Counted from the stretch's first letter, positions 30,637 through 40,687 are shown. The stretch: DNA of 44,009 nt from Actinomycetes bacterium (GCA_023129485.1 JAGMBY010000036.1:1-44009); one strand, 5' to 3'. Program-made: numbers and translations. The notes: generated by a model from the letters alone, not told the origin.

Positions 30637-31422
30637 ATGAGATTTATTGTTTGTATTAAACAGGTTCCTGATACAACAAGTGTAAAAATTGATAAGAGAA
30701 CAGGAAGACTTATTAGAGAAGGAATTCCAACCATTATAAATCCTGAAGACAAAAATGCTTTAGAAGCAGCTCTTAGTTTAAAAGAAAAATATGAAGGTGA
30801 GATTATAGTTATTTCAATGGGACCTCCCCAGGCAGATGAGGCATTAAGAGAAGCATTGGCTATGGGTGCTGATAGAGCAATACTTCTTACTGATAGAGCA
30901 TTTGCTGGAGCAGATACGATGGCTACTGCATACTCATTAGGATCAGCTGTTAAGAAAATAGGGGAATATGATTTAATTTTATGCGGGAGACAAGCAATTG
31001 ATGGAGATACTGCACAAGTTGGTCCGCAATTGGCAGAATTTTTAAAAGTTCCTCAAATAACTTATGTTTCAGAACTAAATATTGAGGAAAATAAAGTGGT
31101 TGCAATTCAGGAACTAGAGGATAAGAGAGTAAGATGGGAGGCAAGTTTGCCTGCTCTTCTAACAATAACTTCAGAAGCAAATAAGCCTAGATACCCTTCA
31201 GCATATGGAATTATGGACGCATATAGAGAAAAGGAAGTTGAAACATGGGAGAAAAAGCATTTGGACATTGATGAAGAAAGGATAGGATTGGAAGGCTCTC
31301 CCACTTCAGTTAAAAGAATTTTCTCTCCAGAACCAAAAGGTAAAGGTGAGATTATAAAAGAAGAACCTAAAGAATCTGCTGAGATTTTATTTAATCGTCT
31401 AAGAGCAAAGAACATAATATAA
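30637..31422 (+). CDS. etfB: electron transfer flavoprotein beta subunit
   Basis: CIKQVPD, SMGPP, DRAFAGADTMAT, GRQAIDGDTAQVGP. Confidence 0.95.
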   Translation: MRFIVCIKQVPDTTSVKIDKRTGRLIREGIPTIINPEDKNALEAALSLKEKYEGEIIVISMGPPQADEALREALAMGADRAILLTDRAFAGADTMATAYSLGSAVKKIGEYDLILCGRQAIDGDTAQVGPQLAEFLKVPQITYVSELNIEENKVVAIQELEDKRVRWEASLPALLTITSEANKPRYPSAYGIMDAYREKEVETWEKKHLDIDEERIGLEGSPTSVKRIFSPEPKGKGEIIKEEPKESAEILFNRLRAKNII

Positions 31423-31518
31423 AAATGAATTATAAAAAGTGATTAATAGATTTATATAGCAAAGTTAGTAAATGAATTAAAAATATTAAATCAAAACAAA
31501 ATAAGATTGGGGGTAAAT

Positions 31519-32727
31519 ATGGCAATTTCTATTGATAGAGATTTGTGTAATGGATGCGGTCTTTGTGTAGAAATATGTCCCTTCAATGGAGTAAAGCTTG
31601 ATGAAGAAAATATTGCTGTTTTACTTGATGCCTGTAATGAATGTGGAGCTTGTATTGATGAATGTCCAGTAGAGGCAATATCTGTAACTGTAATAAAGGA
31701 GGGAATAATCGATGTAAGTCAATATTCCGGTGTATGGACATTTGCTGAGCAAAGAGACGGAAAACTAACTAGAGTTGCGAGACAATTAGTTGGAAAAGCA
31801 CGTCAACTTGCTGATATTTTAGGAGTAAGAGTTGAAACAGTGCTTTTAGGTCATGACATTGCTAATTTAGCTCAAGAATTGATTCAATGTGGTGCTGATA
31901 ATGTATATATAATAGATCACCCATTATTAGAGAATTATCAAACAGATTTATATACAAAGGCAATTTATGATCTTACTATAGAGAAAAAACCAGAGGTATT
32001 CATTTTTGGAGCAACACATATGGGGAGAGATTTAGCTCCCAGACTTGCTCAAAGAATAACAACAGGACTAACTGCAGATTGCACAGAACTTACAATAGAT
32101 GAAGTTGAAAGACTTCTTCTTCAAACAAGACCAGCTTTTGGTGGAAATATCATGGCTACAATTACATGTAAAAATCATAGACCTCAGATGGCAACAGTTA
32201 GACCTGGTGTGTTCAGGGAACCAGAAAAGGATCCAACAAGAAAAGGAAATGTTATTAATATAACCCCAGAAATTTCAGAATCTAATATTCTTACTCATTT
32301 AGTTAAATTCCTAAAGTTGGAGAAGAAAATAGTTAAACTTGAGGAAGCAGAAGTGATAGTTTCTGGAGGAAGAGGATTGAAAAAACCTGAAAACTTTTCT
32401 CTAATTCAAGAACTTGCTGACCTATTAGGAGGTGAGGTTGGCGCTTCAAGGGCAGCAGTTGATGCAGGATGGATATCAAAAGACCACCAGGTAGGTCAGA
32501 CTGGTAAAACTGTATCTCCAAAACTTTATATTGCTTGTGGCATTTCAGGAGCTATTCAGCATAGAGCTGGTATGCAAACATCAGAAACAATTGTTGCTAT
32601 AAATAAAGATCCAGAAGCCCCTATATTCAAAATTGCTGATATTGGAATAGTAGGTGATTTATTTAGAGTTGTTCCCGAACTTATCTCGGTACTCAAAGTT
32701 AAAAAGGAGAAAGAGATGGTTGTATAG
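31519..32727 (+). CDS. etfA: electron transfer flavoprotein alpha subunit with N-terminal 2x[4Fe-4S] domain
   Basis: [12 protein letters not shown] and CNECGACIDECP, then GLTADCT, VSGGRG, QVGQTGK, GISGAIQH; ATG at 31519 follows GGGGG (track start 31507). Confidence 0.93.
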   Translation: MAISIDRDLCNGCGLCVEICPFNGVKLDEENIAVLLDACNECGACIDECPVEAISVTVIKEGIIDVSQYSGVWTFAEQRDGKLTRVARQLVGKARQLADILGVRVETVLLGHDIANLAQELIQCGADNVYIIDHPLLENYQTDLYTKAIYDLTIEKKPEVFIFGATHMGRDLAPRLAQRITTGLTADCTELTIDEVERLLLQTRPAFGGNIMATITCKNHRPQMATVRPGVFREPEKDPTRKGNVINITPEISESNILTHLVKFLKLEKKIVKLEEAEVIVSGGRGLKKPENFSLIQELADLLGGEVGASRAAVDAGWISKDHQVGQTGKTVSPKLYIACGISGAIQHRAGMQTSETIVAINKDPEAPIFKIADIGIVGDLFRVVPELISVLKVKKEKEMVV

Positions 32728-33136
32728 AAAATTCATAATACTTATTTTACTCTTTTTATTAATAAAAACTATAAGAATAAGTTTTCAAAAATTAGAATTT
32801 TAACACCTCTTTTTTACTTTGTATTTATTAATATTATACGGAGGCTTTTGTAACCCTGTTTCGAATTGACCAATTAATTTTTGCAGAAATAAAAATAAAT
32901 TAATGAATTTTTCATCCTCAAAAATTTTGCTTACAAAAAATTTGCTTAACCTCACGATAGGATTCTTTCAGCTTTTCTCTCTTCAATTATTTACATATAC
33001 TATTTAATATATATGATGGTTAAAAATAGAATAAATTAGTAATAAAAAATAAAAAAACAAAATGAGTTATTAACAAGTTAAAAAGTGTTAAAATTTTAAA
33101 TAAAATTTAAAAAAATTTTGTAAATAGGGTGAGAAA

Positions 33137-34300
33137 ATGAATGAAATTAATTATAAAAAACAAAGTTCATCGTCAGATTATTTAAAAGGTTGTTTAATAG
33201 CTTTAGCTATTATTTCTATATTAATTATTAGTGTTGGCGTTATATTTGGAGTAGTAATTTTAAAAAGATTTCCAATTGTTTCATCTACTACTCAAATTAC
33301 TAAGGAAGAGACCGTAGAAGAAGTAGAGACTGTAAAGGAGCAAGAAATTATTAAAATCGAGGCAAAGGAAGTAAATCCTGTTGCAGCAGTAGCAAAAAAA
33401 GTTCAACCGAGCGTGGTAAATATTACTGTTGAGATAGTTCAATACGATATTTTTGATCGTGAAGTTCTAGTTCCGGGTATTGGCAGTGGAGTAATTTTTT
33501 CAGAAGATGGTTATATATTAACTAATGACCATGTTGTTGGAGAAGCTGAAAACATTGAAGTGACATTTTTTAATGGTGAAAAAATAAAAGCAGATTTAGT
33601 CGGGACTGAACCACGTGCTGATATTGCTGTGATTAAAGTTGATAGAAAAGACTTAAGGCCAGCAGAATTTATATCTGTTAAAGATATAGAAGTAGGAGAT
33701 TTAGCAGTTGCAATCGGGAGTCCATTTGGATTTCAGCAGACTGTTACTTCAGGAGTAGTCAGCGCACTTGGAAGAGAAATATTAGAATTATATGAATATG
33801 AAGGTAAGGAGTTAGTAGTTGATTTAATTCAGACAGATGCTGCAATAAATATGGGAAACAGTGGAGGTGCTTTGGCTAACATAGAAGGTAAAGTAATGGG
33901 GATTAATACAATAATAGTAAGTCCTACAATGACATATGCTGGATTAGGTTTTGCCATTCCAAGTGATATAGCAACAAATATTGCAAATCAATTAATAAAA
34001 TATGGTAAATCCAGAATACCAATAATTGGTATAAGTATGGGAGATTCAACTGACCCAAATGTTCCTGGGGCATTGGTTTATCAGGTAATTAAAGGACTGC
34101 CCGCTGAAAAAGCAGGAATAAAAGCTGGAGATATTATTACTAAATGTAATGACATTGTATTGAAAGATTTATGGGATTTAAAGGCGGAAATTATTAAACA
34201 CAATGTTGGTGATAAATTGGAATTGGAGATATATAGAGACGGAAAAATTTTTCCAACAACAGTAGAATTAGTAGATGCTCCTCCAGAATATTGGAGATAA
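33137..34300 (+). CDS. htrA: membrane-anchored HtrA/DegP serine protease with one PDZ domain
   Basis: TM helix, GSGVI, TNDHV, DIAV, QTDAAINMGNSGG, PDZ GLPAEKAGIKAGD. Confidence 0.93.
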   Translation: MNEINYKKQSSSSDYLKGCLIALAIISILIISVGVIFGVVILKRFPIVSSTTQITKEETVEEVETVKEQEIIKIEAKEVNPVAAVAKKVQPSVVNITVEIVQYDIFDREVLVPGIGSGVIFSEDGYILTNDHVVGEAENIEVTFFNGEKIKADLVGTEPRADIAVIKVDRKDLRPAEFISVKDIEVGDLAVAIGSPFGFQQTVTSGVVSALGREILELYEYEGKELVVDLIQTDAAINMGNSGGALANIEGKVMGINTIIVSPTMTYAGLGFAIPSDIATNIANQLIKYGKSRIPIIGISMGDSTDPNVPGALVYQVIKGLPAEKAGIKAGDIITKCNDIVLKDLWDLKAEIIKHNVGDKLELEIYRDGKIFPTTVELVDAPPEYWR

Positions 34301-34549
34301 TATTTTTAATTTCAAGAAATTTTTAACTTATAAAATTGATAATAAGACTTTTTATCAGTTGCCCTCCTTTAATGACACAGGTTATAAGAGCGTAATTTAA
34401 AGAATCATCCTTCTATTTAATTTTTTTATATTTATTTATAGATTCTTATATCCTCTATCAATTATGATAGGGGATTCTGATATAATAATTTTAAAAATCT
34501 GAAAAGATTAAAAAGACAAATCATATTTGTATTAATAAAAAAAGACAAC

Positions 34550-35170
34550 ATGGATATTTCAGAAAGTAAATCCACTAAAAATAGAAGTGTCAAGTCGTAT
34601 CAAGATTTAAGAGACAAATTTTTAATAGCTCGTGCAAGAAAAGGTGATAATCTTGCATTTGAAGCTATAGTAAATAGATACAAAAATCAGGTATTTACCT
34701 CCGCTTTTTTCATAATGGGAAACAGCCATGATGCTTCAGATGCTGCACAAGAGGTATTTTTAAAAATTTACAAATCACTTCATAAATTCGGTGGGAGATC
34801 CAAATTTTCTACCTGGCTTTTTAGAGTAACTACAAATACCTGTATTGATCTTATAAGAAAGAGAAAAAGAATTACTCATAAAACAAAAGAATTGGATTTG
34901 GAGAAAGATAAAAAATTTTCAGATCGCTTAAATATTGAAAGATTCTCGTCTGTTGAGAGTGAATTTTTAAGAAGTGAGGATATGAAAAGAATTATTGAAA
35001 GCATTATCTCATTACCAGTTAAATACAGAGTTCCTATAGTATTGAGGGATATCTATGGATATTCCTATAGGGAAATAGCAAAATATCTAAAGCAACCTTT
35101 AGGAACCTTAAAATGTAATATCTTCAGAGGTCGCAGGATACTAAGAGACACTATATACAGAAAAACATAG
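34550..35170 (+). CDS. ECF RNA polymerase sigma factor
   Basis: DAAQEVFLKIY, KFSTWLFRV, LRDIYGYSYREIA, GTLKCNIFRGR. Confidence 0.9.
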   Translation: MDISESKSTKNRSVKSYQDLRDKFLIARARKGDNLAFEAIVNRYKNQVFTSAFFIMGNSHDASDAAQEVFLKIYKSLHKFGGRSKFSTWLFRVTTNTCIDLIRKRKRITHKTKELDLEKDKKFSDRLNIERFSSVESEFLRSEDMKRIIESIISLPVKYRVPIVLRDIYGYSYREIAKYLKQPLGTLKCNIFRGRRILRDTIYRKT

Positions 35171-35246
35171 AATATTAATTTTTCTATATTAATTTAAGTG
35201 GAATAAAAATGATAATCCGTTTTCTTTAATTAGTAATATAAAATTA

Positions 35247-35275
35247 TTGACATTAAACATATTTAGTAGTATTTT
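35247..35275 (+). promoter_or_regulatory. sigma70 promoter for the riboswitch/btu operon
   Basis: TTGACA, 17 bp, TATTTT, about 20 bp before the riboswitch P1 stem. Confidence 0.5.
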
Positions 35276-35294
35276 TTTAAATACAATTAAATAT

Positions 35295-35460
35295 TAAGCA
35301 TTCAAGAAGTCTTAAAAGTTAAGAGGGAAATCGGTGAAAATCCGATGTGGTCCCGCCACTGTAACTGGGTTACTTTTTAAAATATGCCACTGAACTATAT
35401 GTTTGGGAAGGCTTAAAAAGTGTAAGACCAGAAGTCAGGATACCTCGCTTGAATGTTTAA
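35295..35460 (+). promoter_or_regulatory. cobalamin (B12) riboswitch
   Basis: AAGAGGGAA-ATCGGTGAAAATCCGAT-GTGGTCCCGCCACTGTAA...GCCACTG...TGGGAAGGC...AAGTCAGGATACCT; P1 AGCATTCAAG/CTTGAATGTT; upstream of btuFCD. Confidence 0.93.
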
Positions 35461-35577
35461 ATTACTACTCTTCGAGGAAAGAGAGGTGATTTTTTTATGG
35501 AAAAAATCTTTTTATAAATTTTAATGGTAATTTTAATTATTAAAGATTTTAAATCTATGATTATAAGGAGAGAATAA

Positions 35578-36663
35578 ATGGTAAACTTAAATAATTCAAA
35601 AGATAAAATTAAGTTCAATCTATTTAAAATTGGTTTGAAAGAAAGTTTGAAAACTCTAACTACAATAATAACTATTTTTGCTGTTTTTAGCACACTATTA
35701 TTTGGATGTAAGCCAAGGACTGCGGTAATTGAAAAGCCTACTGAGATTATTGAGGAAGCAACAGAACCTGCAACTGAAGAAGCTACAACTGAAGGGCCAA
35801 CAACTGAAACAGTCGAGGAAGAAACATTTAAAATAGAATATCCAATAACAGTTACAGATGATATAGATAAAGAAGTTAGTTTAACAGAAGAACCTGATAA
35901 AATAATATCCTTAGCCCCTGGAAATACAGAGATACTATTTACTCTCGGCTTAGGAGAAAAGGTAGTTGGTGTAGATAATTTTAGTAATTATCCTGAGGAA
36001 GCTGAATCTATTGAAAAGATTGGGGATGCATTTAATTTGAATATGGAAAAAATCATTGAACTTGAACCAGATTTAATTCTAACATTAAAAGGTAATGAAG
36101 AAGAAATTAATGAATTTTTAAACCAGGGAATTGCCGTTTACACTTTAGATGCGAATAATATGGATAATGTTTTAGAAGATATCAGTGAGATTGGTAAATT
36201 AACAAATAGTTTTGATAGAGCAAAAAAATTAGTTTCTGAAATGCAAGAAAAAATAGATGAGATAAAAAGCTTGATAGCTGATGTATCAGAGGAGGATAAG
36301 CCAAAAGTATTTTATATGGTTGGAAATGAGCCAATATGGTCTACTGGAAGTGGAACTTTTATAAATGACTTAATTGAGCGAGCTAATGGAATTAATATAG
36401 TTGCTTCCGATGGCTTAGAAGGTTGGCTCGTATATAGTTTAGAGAAATTAATAGAGCATAATCCAGATGTGATTATTGCTCCAAAATCTTTAGCTCCAAC
36501 TCCAGAAACCATAACAAATGATGAAAGACTTTCTTCAATCAAGGCTGTTTTAGAAAATAGAGTAGTTATTGTGGATGATGATCCAGTACAAAAAATTGGA
36601 CCTAGGATAGTCGAGGGGTTCCTACAAATTGCACAAGCACTATATCCTGATATTGAATTTTAA
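35578..36663 (+). CDS. btuF: cobalamin ABC transporter substrate-binding lipoprotein
   Basis: Lipobox LFGC, Glu/Thr-rich linker, YPITVTDD, IISLAPGNTEILF, GPRI; behind a B12 riboswitch. Confidence 0.85.
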   Translation: MVNLNNSKDKIKFNLFKIGLKESLKTLTTIITIFAVFSTLLFGCKPRTAVIEKPTEIIEEATEPATEEATTEGPTTETVEEETFKIEYPITVTDDIDKEVSLTEEPDKIISLAPGNTEILFTLGLGEKVVGVDNFSNYPEEAESIEKIGDAFNLNMEKIIELEPDLILTLKGNEEEINEFLNQGIAVYTLDANNMDNVLEDISEIGKLTNSFDRAKKLVSEMQEKIDEIKSLIADVSEEDKPKVFYMVGNEPIWSTGSGTFINDLIERANGINIVASDGLEGWLVYSLEKLIEHNPDVIIAPKSLAPTPETITNDERLSSIKAVLENRVVIVDDDPVQKIGPRIVEGFLQIAQALYPDIEF

Positions 36664-36734
36664 AAAATCAATTAATATTATAAAAGTATAAAAATGATAT
36701 CATAAAATTTAGCTATATTTCCATAAAGAATAAC

Positions 36735-37784
36735 TTGGAAAAAAAGAAAAAGCTTCTAAAATATATAATTTTTTTAATTATACTTTTAACATTAGCAATT
36801 TTTATTGCTACTTGTGTCGGTTCTGCCAATATTCAACCGAAGGAAATATTTACTATTTTAATCAAAAATATTCCATTTTTTGGAAGTAATTTAGCAATAA
36901 AACAAGTAGTTTCTCCCAAAAATGAAACAATAATTTGTCAAATAAGACTTCCAAGAATTATTTCATCAGTTATTGTTGGATTTGTATTGGCAGCTGCTGG
37001 AGTAATATATCAGGGTATATTTAGAAACCCTATGGCAGATCCTTATATAATTGGTGTTTCATCAGGGGCATCACTTGGAGCAACTATAGCATTTATTTTA
37101 GGTTTAGGAACTGGATTTCTTGGAATATCTACTGTTTCAATAATGGCTTTTATATGTGCTATAGTTACTGTTTTCATTGTTTATCAATTATCTAAAATGG
37201 GAGAGAGGGTCCCCATAAGTAATCTTATTTTAGCTGGATTTGCTATTGGCGCTTTACTTAATTCTATGGTCTATTTTCTCTTGATAGCCAAAACAGATGA
37301 TATGCAAAGGATTATTTTCTGGATGTTAGGAGGATTTACAACAGCAAGTTGGGATAAGATAAAGATTCTCACAATACCAATAGTTTTAACTTTTATTATT
37401 ATCTTCTTCTATTTAAGAGAACTTAATATTTTAACTTTAGGAGACAAAAGAGCAACCCAATTAGGGGTTAATATAGAAAAGATAAAAAGAATTTTATTAA
37501 TTTTAGCTTCAATATTAGCCTCATTAGGTGTGGCAATTGGGGGATTAATAGCATTTATTGGGCTAATTACACCTCACATAATGAGATTAATTGTTGGTTC
37601 AGATAATAGGATTTTATATCCAACATCAGCTCTAACTGGTTCCCTAATTTTAATTTTTTCTGATACTATTGCAAGGACTATAACATCACCGAGAGAGATT
37701 CCAGTAGGAATTATCACTGCAGCAATAGGTGCTCCATATTTCCTATATCTTATGAAAACTAAGGGGAGAGAGATTTTTAAATAA
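36735..37784 (+). CDS. btuC: cobalamin ABC transporter permease (FecCD family)
   Basis: IRLPR, FRNPMADPYIIGVSSGA, FIGLITPH, EIPVGIITAAIGAPYF. Confidence 0.88.
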   Translation: MEKKKKLLKYIIFLIILLTLAIFIATCVGSANIQPKEIFTILIKNIPFFGSNLAIKQVVSPKNETIICQIRLPRIISSVIVGFVLAAAGVIYQGIFRNPMADPYIIGVSSGASLGATIAFILGLGTGFLGISTVSIMAFICAIVTVFIVYQLSKMGERVPISNLILAGFAIGALLNSMVYFLLIAKTDDMQRIIFWMLGGFTTASWDKIKILTIPIVLTFIIIFFYLRELNILTLGDKRATQLGVNIEKIKRILLILASILASLGVAIGGLIAFIGLITPHIMRLIVGSDNRILYPTSALTGSLILIFSDTIARTITSPREIPVGIITAAIGAPYFLYLMKTKGREIFK

Positions 37785-37791
37785 AATATGT

Positions 37792-37854
37792 TGTCATTCT
37801 AAGAAACCTTTAGAGCCTGCCCTCGAGCAAAGCGAAGGGTTGCGAAGAATCTTA
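37792..37854 (+). repeat. degenerate TGTCA-tagged REP-like element with inserted inner module
   Basis: TGTCATTCTAA...GCCTGCCCTCGAGCAAAGCGAAGGG...GCGAAGAATCTTA. Confidence 0.7.
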
Positions 37855-37879
37855 TTGTGAAGAAAATTAATAATTTTGA

Positions 37880-37932
37880 GCTTTGGGTATACTTTCTTGA
37901 CTGAAAATGTCTTCGAAAGTATACCACAAAGC
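37880..37932. repeat. 17-bp inverted repeat (long hairpin)
   Basis: GCTTTGGGTATACTTTC ... GAAAGTATACCACAAAGC with a single bulge. Confidence 0.75.
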
Positions 37933-37973
37933 AATATAAAAAATTGAAAGACAAGAAAGATTTTTAAATAAGA

Positions 37974-39227
37974 ATGGAAAAATCGGATTTGATTTTAAAA
38001 AATATAGATTTTTCATATGATGGTTTATCTGTTATTCAAGATGTAAGCTTCACGGTTAGACCTGGAGAAATATTAGGAATTATTGGTCCTAATGGTTCAG
38101 GAAAAACCACCCTTTTAAACATAATTTGTGGGCTTTTAAAGCCAAATTCTGGAGATATTTTTATTCAGGATAAAAATATAAAAGAAATTCCTAGAAAAGA
38201 GCTTTATCAAATATTAGCTATCGTTCCTCAAGACAGTATTACAAGTTTCAATTACACAGTTTTGGACATCGTTTTAATGGGTAGAACCCCATATTTAAAG
38301 GGTAGCTTTTGGGAGAGGGAAATTGATTATGAAATTGCAATTAACTCCATTAAAGATATAGGAATATACAATCTTAAAGACAAATATGTTTCTCAGTTAT
38401 CGGGTGGAGAAAGACAAAAAGTTACAATTGCTCAGGCTCTTTCTCAACAACCTAAAATTCTTCTTCTTGATGAACCTACAACACATTTAGATATAAATTC
38501 TAAGTTGGAGATAATGAATCTTATCACAAGATTAAACAAAGAACAGAAAATTACAGTAATAACTATATTTCATGATATAAATTTAGCAGCATCTTTCTGT
38601 CCAAGAATATTAATTCTTTCTAAAGGAAGGATTTTTGCTAAGGGGAATACTGAGGATGTTCTTACCTCTCAAAATTTAGAAGGTGCTTATAATATACCTG
38701 TGGTGGTGAAAAAGAATCCAATTACAAACAGGATATACACAACTCCAATAAATAGAGGATTTCTCAAAACAAAATTAGCTAAAAGAAGATTGCATCTAAT
38801 ATGTGGTGGCGGAAGTGGTTCATTAATAATGAGCAGTTTAAAGGTTTATGGTTTTCTTGTTTCATGTGGAGTTTTAAATGTGATGGATACTGATTATGAG
38901 ACTGCAAAAGCTCTTGAAATTCCAATTGTTTCAGAAGCCCCCTTTTCACAAATAAGTAATGATACATATAAAGAAAATATAGAAATGATTAAATCTTCTG
39001 AAATTTTAGTACTCGCAAATGTAGAATTTGGTTATGGAAATTTATCAAACTTAAAAGCTATTGAGCAAGCTCTTGATATTGGGAAAAAAGTAATGATTTT
39101 ACAAGAAACCTCAATTACTGAGCGTGATTATACTGAAGGAAAGGCTACTGAGATTTATAAAAGAATTATAGAAAAGGGAGCAATTTTAGTCCATAATGTG
39201 GAAGAACTATTCAGATTTTTATATTAA
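37974..39227 (+). CDS. btuD: cobalamin ABC transporter ATPase with C-terminal extension
   Basis: GPNGSGKT, LSGGERQ, LLLDEPT, FHDINLA; about 150 extra residues starting near LHLICGGGSG. Confidence 0.88.
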   Translation: MEKSDLILKNIDFSYDGLSVIQDVSFTVRPGEILGIIGPNGSGKTTLLNIICGLLKPNSGDIFIQDKNIKEIPRKELYQILAIVPQDSITSFNYTVLDIVLMGRTPYLKGSFWEREIDYEIAINSIKDIGIYNLKDKYVSQLSGGERQKVTIAQALSQQPKILLLDEPTTHLDINSKLEIMNLITRLNKEQKITVITIFHDINLAASFCPRILILSKGRIFAKGNTEDVLTSQNLEGAYNIPVVVKKNPITNRIYTTPINRGFLKTKLAKRRLHLICGGGSGSLIMSSLKVYGFLVSCGVLNVMDTDYETAKALEIPIVSEAPFSQISNDTYKENIEMIKSSEILVLANVEFGYGNLSNLKAIEQALDIGKKVMILQETSITERDYTEGKATEIYKRIIEKGAILVHNVEELFRFLY

Positions 39228-39531
39228 TTTTCAAACCCATTTATTAGAATAATTTTAATTCCTTTAATATAATTATGCTATTTAAATTATTATATTAATT
39301 CCAAACTCGAATTTCATTTTTAGATTTATTTAATATCTATTATGAAACATACTCGATTTATACTTCGTCAAATTTCTGCTAATATGAAAATATTTTAATT
39401 AAGCTAAATAAGAATTTAAAACTTATTATTAGATTACTAAAAGAGAAAAATAAAGTGTTAATTCAAATCATTAACAATAATTTAACTTATTAGCAATATA
39501 TTTAATTTATTTTAAAATTAAGGAATTTTAA

Positions 39532-39984
39532 ATGAAATGTTTTGAGGTAGATAAATACTTGCCAGCTTTTTTAGAAAAAGAACTTGAATTATCTATCAGG
39601 CAGGAAGTTAAGAATCATTTAGATGTCTGTGAAGAATGCAGAAATAAGCTAAATTGTCTTGAAAAAACTCTACTTGAGATGGATAGTTTAAAAGATACCA
39701 TTTTTAAAGCTCCCTATTTCTTCACTGGTGGAGTAATGGGGAGTATAAGTAAATTTGGTAAGAAGAAATTCTATACTCCTGCTCTTGCAAAAACAACAGA
39801 AATTTTAGAGGAACTTATAAAAACTCCTGGAAGAAGGATTGCATTAAGTGCATTTTTAGTTGGGGCAGCTTTACTTATTAGAAATCAAACAAAAAATGTT
39901 AGAAAAAAAATAAAGACTTCAAAAAAAGTTTCAGATGGAAAAATTAGTAAAGAGACAAAAACTCTCCATAAATTTGCTTCATAA
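39532..39984 (+). CDS. zinc-finger (ZAS/zf-HC2) anti-sigma factor
   Basis: MKC...HLDVCEECR HxxxCxxC motif and a hydrophobic segment IALSAFLVGAALLI. Confidence 0.78.
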   Translation: MKCFEVDKYLPAFLEKELELSIRQEVKNHLDVCEECRNKLNCLEKTLLEMDSLKDTIFKAPYFFTGGVMGSISKFGKKKFYTPALAKTTEILEELIKTPGRRIALSAFLVGAALLIRNQTKNVRKKIKTSKKVSDGKISKETKTLHKFAS

Positions 39985-40039
39985 ATAAAAATCTTATATC
40001 TATGATTTTAAGATTATCTATTTGTTCTTATTTAGGTGC

Positions 40040-40687
40040 TTATTTTGCCGGTTTTAAGACGATGATTTCTGTAATTACTGGAAGCTCTTTCTTCGTGAGT
40101 TCTATTTCACTTGAATCTAATTCCTTTACATTTTCCTTTCCAAAAATAAAAGGTTTTACATCCGAAATGGGAAAATCAAGTTTTGGAGTCTTAAAGTGCA
40201 TAGGGATTATTATTTTTGGATTTATTTTTTTACAAAACTCTGTTGCTTGATTTGCATCTATCGTATATGTTCCCCCAACAGGAATTAATAGTACATCTAC
40301 TTCACCAATTTCTTTAATTTTATTTTCGGATAAAAGATGTCCCAAATCTCCTAAATGACAGATTTTTATATCATCAATGTCAAAACAAAATATTGTGTTT
40401 TCACCTCTAAGCCTTCCATTTCTATCATCATGAAAAGAAGCAAATCCTTTGAAAGTAAAATGCTCTTTTTGATGTGTTCCAACCCCCCTGATAATTACTG
40501 GATTTCCTCTGATACTATCTGTATAGTTATGATCAGAATGTTCATGACTAATAGTTACATAATCAGCATCTTCAGTTATAGAACTATATTTAATTCCTCC
40601 GCCAGACTGATAAGGATCAGTAATAATTCTTATATTAGCATTTGAGGTAATTAAAAAAGCTGCGTGTCCTAACCATTTAATTTTCAT
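40040..40687 (-). CDS. metallo-beta-lactamase-fold hydrolase
   Basis: WLGHAAF, TDPY, SHEHSDH, HLGDLG, IPVGG, IPMHF. Confidence 0.9.
   Translation of the reverse strand: MKIKWLGHAAFLITSNANIRIITDPYQSGGGIKYSSITEDADYVTISHEHSDHNYTDSIRGNPVIIRGVGTHQKEHFTFKGFASFHDDRNGRLRGENTIFCFDIDDIKICHLGDLGHLLSENKIKEIGEVDVLLIPVGGTYTIDANQATEFCKKINPKIIIPMHFKTPKLDFPISDVKPFIFGKENVKELDSSEIELTKKELPVITEIIVLKPAK

Noticed and set aside
32800-32975. Minus-strand segment with GAAA...CAAAAGCCTCCG reminiscent of a c-di-GMP-I riboswitch, also a possible ~50-aa ORF
   Set aside because: Required stems could not be formed, no downstream gene on that strand, and the ORF has no recognisable RBS or motif.
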